Below are positions 28,539-37,048 of a DNA stretch of 64,000 bases, piece after piece. Source of the DNA: an uncultured Acidobacteriaceae bacterium (GTDB lineage Bacteria; Acidobacteriota; Terriglobia; Terriglobales; Acidobacteriaceae); NCBI GenBank assembly GCA_963710885.1, contig CAVQCF010000039.1:102153-166152 (forward strand), given 5' to 3'. The first letter of the stretch is position 1. Every line of letters begins with the position of its first letter. A program made the translations under genes and the position numbers. The notes under the pieces are model-generated. The model was not told the DNA's origin, ran no database searches, and was given only the letters and a program-made list of their open reading frames with translations.

Positions 28539-31500
28539 TTAGAACGTGAGGCGAGCCCCAAGCTGCACGTTCGTACCGTTAGCCGTGGTATTGTTGATGA
28601 CCGTCGAGCCGCTCGTATAGGGCGTGCCGGGGCCGGCTGAGCCACCAAGATTGGCATCGCCGGCACGCCATAGCTGGGATGGTTGAACGCGTTCTGCAGC
28701 GTCGGCGCGAATCTGCAACTGGATTCCCTCCCACGGCAAAGAGAAGGTCTTGCTGCCGGACAGGTTCACAATATTGAGTCCCGGCCCATAGATGCTGTTT
28801 CTTGGAACGTTGCCGAAGGCTCCATCCTGCGGTTGCGCGAACGCCGCCGGGTTAAACCAGTTCTTGATGCTTTGGTGCGCGGGCTTGATGCTGACTCCCG
28901 GGACCCGATCTGGGAACGAACTGCCCGCCTGCGCAAAAGTGTTGTTCGAGGAATTAATCACGGTAAACGGATTTCCGGTAGAAAGAATCAGCGTCCCGGA
29001 AATCTGCCAGCCGCCAACCAATGCGTCGAGCAGAGCATTGCTGTTCAGTAGCCTTTTGCCCCTGCCGAAGGGAAGCTGATAAACCGCATAGCCCTTGAAC
29101 GCGTTGCGGACGTCGAAGTTGGAGTTGCTGTAGTTCGCCGCGGGATTGTTGGCAATCTGATAATCCTGCGGACCCGCGCGGCTTCCCCAACCCGAAGAGT
29201 CCATGTCATCCAGCATATGCGACCAGACATAGTTGAAGCTCAGGCTCAGGCCGTTGGTCATGCGCTTGGTGATGGAAGCCTGCAGCGAGTTGTAGTTGGA
29301 AATGGCATTATTCGTGCTGCCCGGGATGCTCCCGAAGTTCGGGTAGGGGCGGAATTGCGGCGAATCGTTGGGTGATAGATACTGCTGTGGCACCTGGTTA
29401 AGATCCGTAGCGAAATTCAGGTTCGACCCGTGGCTCGCCACGTAGGCAATTTCCACGACATAATTCGTGGCGAACGCGCGCTGCACCGACATGTTCCACT
29501 GCAGAATCCTCGGTACGGGAGTGTGATACTGGACGTAACCCACGTCCTGGCCGTTGTGCGCGTCGGGAGCGGTCGATGCCGAAACGAATGGCAGCGCAGT
29601 GGCCGTTCCAAACACATTGCCCGTTCCATCGAGCTTTGTGATTGGAGTGATGCCATTGGTCTGGTCGGTGCTGCTACCAGATGAGCTAACCGCGGCGCCC
29701 ATCCCGTAGCTCGTATTGTTTCCGCCGTAGGTATCTAGGCTCCAAGTGTAGGAGTAGACCCCAAATCCGCCGCGGAAGGTCGTTTTGGGATCGATAGCCC
29801 AAGCTAGACCTAAGCGCGGCTGCCACGTGTTGAAGGTATTGGCCTGCAGGGAGGTGCGGCCGTTGGCCTTGGTGGGACCGAACCAATAAGCTCCCAGGGT
29901 ATTGTTCGCCGGGTTGAGCACGGTTGGGTCGAAGCTCGACATATTCTGGTGAACTTCATTCCAGCCATGGTTGATCTGGTAGCGGAGGCCGAGATTCAGG
30001 GTCAGATTCGGGCGCACCTTCCAGTCGTCCTGAACGAAAACCTGCGGGGTCTTCAGCCGCGCCCCATATTCGGGCGAGACGCCTGCGTTCCAACTTTGTG
30101 CGTAACCCAGCAGGAAGTCTGCATACTCCATGCCCGTTCCGGCGACTGGGCGCAGCCACCCCGTTTGCGTTGAGTGCCCATTGCTGGGTGTACTGCCCGA
30201 GAAGTGGAAAGTGCCCGCGTTGGTATTGCCCCAAGCGGTGGAGTTGTTCTGGTAGGCCAGGAGTTCTCCGCCGAAGTGCAGGATGTGTTTGCCGCGGATC
30301 ATGGTCACGACGTCGGAAGGATCCCAGGTGAACTCCTTGTACACCGAGTTCGAACTGGGGTCGATCCAGGCATAGGGATACGAGCCTCCCGTGAAATTGA
30401 TCGCCGGGAAGTCATCGGCTTTGGCAAACTGCCAGCCCAGTTGGCTGGCATAGCCTTTGTTTAGCGCGAGGTCTTTAAAGAAGTTCAACTGACTGGTGAA
30501 GCCCAGTCGGGCTTCGTTGATGGTGCGCGGGCTGATGTTCCACACTTCCGTGATCTGGGCGTTGTTGTTGTCCACGTCGCCGGTCTGGCAACCGATGGGG
30601 CAGGCGAACACGTTGCTTGGATACATCTGCGGGGTGTCGCTCTGCGTGTCGGACATGGTCAGGCGGTTGTTCTGCGTGATGTCGTAATCCAACCGGCCGA
30701 AAAACTTTCTGATACGGCGCGGATTGCTGCAGGCTGGAGAAGAAGTTGTTTTGCGGCACTCCCTCACCGATTTACACCGTTCGGCGCAACAAACTGACCT
30801 CCGGCGAGATGGCTTGACGGAGTCGGGTAAAACGCCTGCATCCTTGGCGGCGACTTGATCGAACAGAGCCGTGGGAATGGCGTTTCCGAGCGCAGGATAT
30901 TCGCTGGCAAAGCTTTGCCGGATCGGGTACGGTTGGCCCTGAGAATCGACGCCAATGGTCTGCGTGGTCGGATCGAAGATGGTCTGCGCGTCGGCGTTAA
31001 AGTTTCCCGCCAGAACATCGGTGGTTGGAACGCTATTGGTAGCGGTACTGTTGCCGTGGTCACGATCTGGTCGTAGTCGAAGTAGAAGAACATCTTGTTC
31101 TTCAGAATCGGGCCGCCAATGGAGAAGCCGAAGTTGTTATAGCGCAGGAACGGAATCGGTCCAGTCGTGAATGGAGAGTGAGCCGTCAACGCATCGTTCT
31201 GGAAGTACTCGTAGGCCGATCCGTGGAACTGGTTGGTGCCGCCCTTGGTGATCTGGTTGAAGATGACTCCGCCGACGCCATACTGCGCCGAAAATGCCGA
31301 GGTGTTGACCTGCAGTTCGGAGACGGTTTCAAAGACTGCCGGATTGGCGTTCTGGCTATGCGAGAGCGTGGTGGACGCTCCATCCGCGAGAATGTTGCTG
31401 TAAGGCAGGTTGCCGTTGATCGCCACTTCCTGGCCGGGATTGGACGAACCCTGGCTCCCACCGGGTGTGCCGGTGGCGCCGGGGATCAGGATCATGAAAT

Positions 31501-31996
31501 TTTCCCAGTCCTGGGTAACCTGGGGCAACTGCGACATCGACTTGGACTCAAGCGTTGTGCTCTGCTCCATGGTCTCGGTCTGCAGCAGAGGCACGTCCGC
31601 GGTCACTGACACCGATTGTGTCGCAGCGCCGACCACCAACTCGGCATTCACCGTGGTGAAGCCGACCTGCACGGTGACAGGGCCGCGCACTAGTCGTTCG
31701 AAGCCGTCCTTGGTGAAGGTAAGCTGGTAGCTTCCGGTCACGATGGAAGACGTGTCGTAGAGGCCGTCCTGATTGGTCGTGAATTCTTTCGATACACCAG
31801 TTTCGATATCCAGGACTGTGATCTTCACTCCAGGAATCAGAGCTCCGGATGAGTCGGTTACGCTGCCGCGAATATCGCCGGAGTTCGTGCTCTGCGCGAA
31901 GCAGGCCGCGCTCGCCAAAACAAGGAACAGGGGTAGGACGCATCGATGCAGGTTCGTCATGGAACTGCCTCCAGGAAGTCGGTTCAACTGCTTCAT
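28539..31996 (-). pseudogene. TonB-dependent receptor-like outer-membrane protein with N-terminal carboxypeptidase-regulatory-like domain, interrupted by about 4 frameshifts
   Basis: The N-terminal ORF 30764..31996 has a signal peptide (CVLPLFLVLASAACFAQ) and a CarboxypepD_reg-like segment (GDIRGSVTDSSGALIPGVKITVLDIETG...DGLYDTSSIVTGSYQLTFTKDGF) followed by plug-like sequence. The sensible frame changes near 31058 (DHGNSTATNSVPTTDVLAGNFNADAQTIFDPTTQ...), near 30840 (MQAFYPTP...) and near 30770 (VPQNNFFSSLQQS). It changes once more near 30718, into the 742-aa ORF 28539..30767 (RKFFGRLDYDITQNN...), which ends with the barrel-terminal ...GARLTF. Confidence 0.75.
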
Positions 31997-32190
31997 GTTT
32001 TCTTCGAGCGCAAACTAACAATCTTTGCACTCGGAACGGCGTTAGGGCTCAATCGAAAAATCGATTTCGTCCCAGCGCATCAGCATTTTCGGGATGGCAA
32101 CCTAATGTGAACGTACTAATAGAAAATAATCCGGAGGGGGTGTCAATTATACTTTCGTACAGCTAAAGCGCCGTAAACGATTACGTTTCT

Positions 32191-32823
32191 TCACTCTAGC
32201 GAGATAATGCCGCGTTGCAGAGCTACCGTCGCGGCCTGTGTACGATCTTTCACACTCAACTTTTCCAGAACATGACTCACATGCAGTTTCACCGTCACTT
32301 CGGCGATACTCAGCGCAGTCGCAATCTCCTTGTTCCCTAATCCCTTAGCCACCATCCGCAGCACCTCCACCTCGCGGGCGCTCAAAGAGCGATGCGATCG
32401 GCGCTCGGCCAGGTGCCAAGCCACGACAGGATCCACGTATTGCCGCCCCTGGTGCACCTCTCGCACGGCACGCAGCAGTTCCTCTCGAATAATGCTCTTG
32501 ACGATGTATCCCTTGGCTCCTGCTTGCAACGCCCGGAAAATTTCTTCCTCGCCAGAGTGGGTTGAGAGCATCAGGATGCGCGCGTCGGGGAATTCCAGAA
32601 GGATCGCGGCCGTGCACTCTGTACCGCTCATTCCCGGCAACCGCAGGTCCATCATCACCAGGCTGGGACGATGTTTGCGGTAAGCCTCGAGCGCGGCGAT
32701 GCCATTGCCTGCCTCGGCCACGACTTCCATATCGGCTTCCACGTTCAACGACGCAGAGAGCCCCATGCGCACCATGAAGTGGTCGTCAACGACCAGAATA
32801 CGAATTGGCTTTGAGTTCTTCAT
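32191..32823 (-). CDS. Two-component response regulator, NarL/FixJ (LuxR-type HTH) family
   Basis: 210 aa. Receiver domain IRILVVDDH...VMMDLRLPGMSG...KGYIVK. C-terminal LSAREVEVLRMVAKGLGNKEIATALSIAEVTVKLHVSHVLEKL is a GerE/LuxR HTH. Confidence 0.9.
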   Translation of the reverse strand: MKNSKPIRILVVDDHFMVRMGLSASLNVEADMEVVAEAGNGIAALEAYRKHRPSLVMMDLRLPGMSGTECTAAILLEFPDARILMLSTHSGEEEIFRALQAGAKGYIVKSIIREELLRAVREVHQGRQYVDPVVAWHLAERRSHRSLSAREVEVLRMVAKGLGNKEIATALSIAEVTVKLHVSHVLEKLSVKDRTQAATVALQRGIISLE

Positions 32824-34915
32824 CGATCCCTTCTGCGGGATGCCCTTCTCGGGGATGGAGCGGAACCTCCACGGCGATGCGCGTTCCGTGACCGGGCTCG
32901 CTCTCGACCTTTAAGTGGCTGCCCATCGATTGCGCACGCTCGCGCATATCGAGCAGCCCAAAATGTCCCGTCGGTGATGGTTGAGCGGCAGGAAAGCCCT
33001 CACCATCATCGCTTACGGTGAGATAAACCGAAGCCGGCTCGAACCGCAGCTCGATGAACACATGCCGGGCACGACCGTGCTTCACCGCGTTGGCGACGGC
33101 CTCCTGCCCAATGCGGAGCAGGTTCATCTCAACGGGCGCGGGGAGCCGAACCGGGCTGCCCAAAATCTTGAAGTCGGCTTTCGCCTGCTCGCGCGGAACG
33201 AGTGGTTCGACGATCTGCGATAACGCAGAAACCAGATCTCCATTTTCCAGCAATTGGCAGCGCAAGTCCCACACGGATCGGCGCGCCTCGACCATGCTGT
33301 GGCGGCTCATGTCGCGCGCCGTCTCCAGCGCATGCTGGGCCACGCCCGGCGCCTGCTCAAAACAATCGACCGCCAGATCCAGTTGCATGGTGATGCCGGC
33401 GAGTTCCTGTTCCAGTGTGTCGTGCAACTCGCGCGCAATGCGGTTGCGCTCTTCGAGTACCGCGCTGCTGTGTCGCTTCTGGCGAATCACGGCCATCTGC
33501 TCTCGCAATCGCCGCCCCAGCACCACCACCCACACCAGGACAGCCAGCAGAACACTTCCGGTAATACCCAGCAGCCAGAGGGCATGACGCGAAGTCCACC
33601 AGGACGGAGTCTTGAGTACGACGACATCCTGCGGCAGGCGGAGCACCATGCGAATCGATTGCGGAATCTGCCACAACCCTCCACTGCGCACCAGACAAAT
33701 GCCGGTCACTTGCACTTCGCTATTCAACGGGATGGACCGCATACGTTCCGCGGTCGCGCCGGCCGTAACGTCAGCGTCAAAGAACATATCGCCACGCTGG
33801 AGCGTCAGCCTCAGTCCATCGGACTCCTCTTGGCGATTCAATAATTTCGCGTCAGTGGTCACGACAGCGCCGTCGAATTGTTCCCACGGCGCACCGAGAT
33901 CGAGCTTCAGGGGCTGTGGTATATTCCCGTGGCGTAAACGATGAAATGCCGCATCCTCGATCATCGGCGCGGAGTCCCCCATGGCGGGAAATCCGAGAAC
34001 TTCGACGAGGTCTCCGATCTCGACAGCGGTGCTCTGCTCCGAGAGCACGCGCAGTCCCTTGCCTTGACTCTGCAAAAAGAGTGCTTTGCCCAGCTGCTGG
34101 TAGCCGACGATGCCGCGCACTCGCACCCGGTGCCGAGTGCCCTCCGCCGGCGAAAACCGCAACAACGCCGACAGCGGAACTTCGGTGGCCGGCGCTTCCA
34201 CCGTCAAAAAGCTCAAGCGAGGAACGTAGAACAGAATGCCCGTCAATTGCCGGTTCGTGTTGTACAAGCTGCCACAGACACCTTCGATCAAAACCTCGCT
34301 GTCGACCCAGGAAGAGAAATCCTGCTCGCGCGCAATCGGCACGCGGACATGGAATTCGCCGCCTTCGGAGGCAATCCTCATGGCCAGCGCGGGCTCGCGC
34401 CAGGATGTTCGATCGACCGCCGCAGACCGCACAATTCCTCTCACTTGTGCCCACTGGCTGTCCTGCTGACCGTTCGCGAGTTCGGAGAGCGAAAAAAGTT
34501 GCGGTTTGGGAAGCACTCCTTCGCCCAGAACGCGCAATTTTGCCTCGCGGATTACGGGAGCGAACTTGCCCGGCCCGGTCACACCTTCAATCTCAACAAG
34601 CTGGCTGAGGATGTGGGGGTACTTTGGCGAGACGCTGCCCTCCACATAGATACCCGCGGTTGCATCTTGAACGATGAAGTCCGGTGACGGAGCATCCATC
34701 GTGATCACGCCGCGAATGAGCACTGGATAGCCGAGGCCTGCCTGTTCAGGACTCAAACTGCGAACCTGATCGGCGTGCGTAAGGACAGGCAAGGGCTTGG
34801 CGGCGGCAGCAAGCTGCCCGTGAGCCGTCACGCCCAGCGCGCTCACTACTAACCCCGACACCGCCAGCAGCCTCAACACTGGTGCGAATCGTTCTCCGAC
34901 GCTACGTGCCCGCAT
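32786..34915 (-). CDS. Sensor histidine kinase (HisKA_3 / NarX-DesK type) with large extracytoplasmic sensor region
   Basis: 709 aa. N-terminal TM (LRLLAVSGLVVSALGV), ~430 aa of hydrophilic sequence, then a second TM (LWLLGITGSVLLAVLVWVVVLG). H-box ERNRIARELHDTLEQEL, then HATPase_c (NAVKHGRARHV...DDGEGF...GLLDMRERAQSMG...GHGTRI). Overlaps the response-regulator start by 38 nt. Confidence 0.85.
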   Translation of the reverse strand: MRARSVGERFAPVLRLLAVSGLVVSALGVTAHGQLAAAAKPLPVLTHADQVRSLSPEQAGLGYPVLIRGVITMDAPSPDFIVQDATAGIYVEGSVSPKYPHILSQLVEIEGVTGPGKFAPVIREAKLRVLGEGVLPKPQLFSLSELANGQQDSQWAQVRGIVRSAAVDRTSWREPALAMRIASEGGEFHVRVPIAREQDFSSWVDSEVLIEGVCGSLYNTNRQLTGILFYVPRLSFLTVEAPATEVPLSALLRFSPAEGTRHRVRVRGIVGYQQLGKALFLQSQGKGLRVLSEQSTAVEIGDLVEVLGFPAMGDSAPMIEDAAFHRLRHGNIPQPLKLDLGAPWEQFDGAVVTTDAKLLNRQEESDGLRLTLQRGDMFFDADVTAGATAERMRSIPLNSEVQVTGICLVRSGGLWQIPQSIRMVLRLPQDVVVLKTPSWWTSRHALWLLGITGSVLLAVLVWVVVLGRRLREQMAVIRQKRHSSAVLEERNRIARELHDTLEQELAGITMQLDLAVDCFEQAPGVAQHALETARDMSRHSMVEARRSVWDLRCQLLENGDLVSALSQIVEPLVPREQAKADFKILGSPVRLPAPVEMNLLRIGQEAVANAVKHGRARHVFIELRFEPASVYLTVSDDGEGFPAAQPSPTGHFGLLDMRERAQSMGSHLKVESEPGHGTRIAVEVPLHPREGHPAEGIDEELKANSYSGR

Positions 34916-35239
34916 AGTTTTCCTTCGCCATGTTTATTTCGGCATGTCGATGAAGTGTGGAATCAAGCCGCGGGCAGCGTTCGCCGGCGCTCCGCCAATC
35001 CCACGTTCGCTTAGGGTAGCCCAAACCGGCGGCGGTGGAAAGCTCAGACTCTTGCGGCCATATTGACTCAACCGGCAAACTCAATTTCCTGACCTTCGCA
35101 AGCAGGGCACGACTATGCGATTTGACAGGCATGAGATTCTTGTCAGCGAGATCGATTGCCGGGAACGCGTGCGAACAAGGGCATCTATTGGGACACGTCT
35201 AGATTTGTTCCGTAGGTTCGAATTCCCCTGCCAGACTGT

Positions 35240-36697
35240 GTGACCACGATGGCCAGACTCTTCCCTGTTTCACTGATATTCGCCGCCTGCCTTTTCCTGA
35301 ATAGTTGCCCCAACTCGACCACTCCGACGCAAACGTCCATCCCGGGGCCCAGTGTGCAGCTCGTCGAAACCACCGGCGACCGAGCCATGCTATTGCAAGC
35401 GCAGCCGAGCGTCGCGTTCTCTTCCGGGGGAAGTTCGAGCAGTCTCGTCGTCACTGTGGATGCGACAACCCAGTATCAACAGATGGATGGGTTCGGCGGA
35501 TCGCTGACGGATTCTTCCGCCTGGTTGATATGGAACAAGCTCAGTGCCGCGCAGCAAACCACGCTGATGCAACAACTCTTCAGCCCGAGCGGCGGCATCG
35601 GCATCAGTTTTCTGCGGCAGCCCATGGGCGCAACCGACTTCTCGGCCAGCGGAAACTACAGTTACGACGATATGCCCGCGGGCCAGACCGATCCCAATCT
35701 CACGAACTTTTCCATCGCCCACGATACGGCTTACATCATTCCGCTGGTAAAGCAAGCAATCTCCATCAATTCGAGCCTCAAGGTGGTCGCACTGCCATGG
35801 AGTCCGCCCGCATGGATGAAGACCACTGGAACGATGAATGGCGGAAACATGAACCCGGCCTACTTCTCAAGCCTGGCCCAGTATTTCGTCAATTTTGCGC
35901 AGGCATACCAGCAGCAAGGCATCCCGATCTATGCGCTATCGGTGCAGAATGAGCCGCTGTACTCGACTACGGGATACCCGTCCGAATATCTCGCTGCGAA
36001 CGATGAATCCACATTTATCGCCAACAACCTCGGACCGGTCCTGAACACCGCGGGACAGGGAAGCGTGAAGATCTTCGGCTACGAACACAATTGGGATAAC
36101 ACCGCCTATCCGGAGTCGGTGCTCGGGAGTTCTGCCGCGCAGTTCGTCGCCGGAAGTTCGTTTCACTGTTACGCGGGTGATCCCAGCGCCCAATCGACAG
36201 TGGAAACAGCGTTTCCCGCCAAGGACATCTGGTTCACGGAATGCTCTGGCATTACCTCGAGCACATTCGCCGGCGATCTGGTGTGGAATGCGGAGCATTT
36301 GCTGATCGACGCCACGCGCAACTGGGCCCGCAGCGTTTCGCTGTGGAACCTGGCTCTCGATCAGAACTCCGGCCCGAAGAACGGCACTTGCTCCAACTGC
36401 CGCGGGGTTGTGACCATCGACGACAGCGTGTCGCCGGCGAATATTACGTTCAACGTGGAGTACTACATCCTGGGGCACTTGGGAAAATTCGTGGTGTCGG
36501 GCGCGCACCGGATTGGTTCGAACACCTTCGGAGCGGGCAGCATCGAGGATGTCGCCTTCCAGAATCCCGACGGCTCGATTGTTCTCTTCGCCCTGAACTC
36601 GGGCAGCAGCGCCACTAGCTTCACCGTCAGCTTCAAGGGAAAGACCTTCAACTACACTCTGCCTGCGGGTGCGATCGCTACGTTTGAATGGAATTAA
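35240..36697 (+). CDS. Glycoside hydrolase family 30-like (glucosylceramidase / beta-1,6-glucanase / xylanase type), probable lipoprotein
   Basis: 485 aa. Signal with ...ACLFLNSC. QQMDGFGGSLTDSSAW is typical of the GH30 N-terminus. The candidate acid/base is in YALSVQNEP and the candidate nucleophile in IWFTECSG. The start may instead be the ATG at 35249. Confidence 0.8.
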   Translation: MTTMARLFPVSLIFAACLFLNSCPNSTTPTQTSIPGPSVQLVETTGDRAMLLQAQPSVAFSSGGSSSSLVVTVDATTQYQQMDGFGGSLTDSSAWLIWNKLSAAQQTTLMQQLFSPSGGIGISFLRQPMGATDFSASGNYSYDDMPAGQTDPNLTNFSIAHDTAYIIPLVKQAISINSSLKVVALPWSPPAWMKTTGTMNGGNMNPAYFSSLAQYFVNFAQAYQQQGIPIYALSVQNEPLYSTTGYPSEYLAANDESTFIANNLGPVLNTAGQGSVKIFGYEHNWDNTAYPESVLGSSAAQFVAGSSFHCYAGDPSAQSTVETAFPAKDIWFTECSGITSSTFAGDLVWNAEHLLIDATRNWARSVSLWNLALDQNSGPKNGTCSNCRGVVTIDDSVSPANITFNVEYYILGHLGKFVVSGAHRIGSNTFGAGSIEDVAFQNPDGSIVLFALNSGSSATSFTVSFKGKTFNYTLPAGAIATFEWN

Positions 36698-37048
36698 TTT
36701 CTGGTTTCTTGACTGGCGGGGGGCTGGCCTTACACTAAGTCATTCAATACCTGCGGCTGTAGCGTTTCCGAACACACCATTATCGTCCATTATAAGTACG
36801 CAATTGTACGTACACACTGGTATGTTGACTATACCGCTCATGGAACGGACGATTCCCAGAAGCGGACAAACGCTCTCGCTGCTCGCTCACGATGCCCTTT
36901 GCGGGGCCGGAAACGGCTCTTGTTGCGACGATCGACTCCGCGAACGACAAATACTTCGTCCATTGCCAGAAAGCGCGCCGTGGAGCGGCCAGAGCTCTCC
37001 TACGAGTTTTCAACGACTTCCACGAAGACTCAACGACTTACCAAAAAC

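Noticed and set aside
23695-31996. The idea that the dense frameshifts reflect programmed recoding or phase variation
   Set aside because: There are too many shifts (about 20), in both directions, at non-repetitive sites, spread over four unrelated genes. No slippery heptamers or long simple-sequence tracts were seen. Sequencing or assembly error, or pseudogenisation, is far more likely.
36698-37048. 350-bp convergent intergenic region between GH30 and GH3, including a possible 41-aa basic ORF (36838..36963, minus; MDEVFVVRGVDRRNKSRFRPRKGHRERAARAFVRFWESSVP)
   Set aside because: It has no SD, no recognisable family and an arginine-rich composition compatible with chance in GC-rich DNA. I also saw no tRNA-like or terminator structure. 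Left unannotated.
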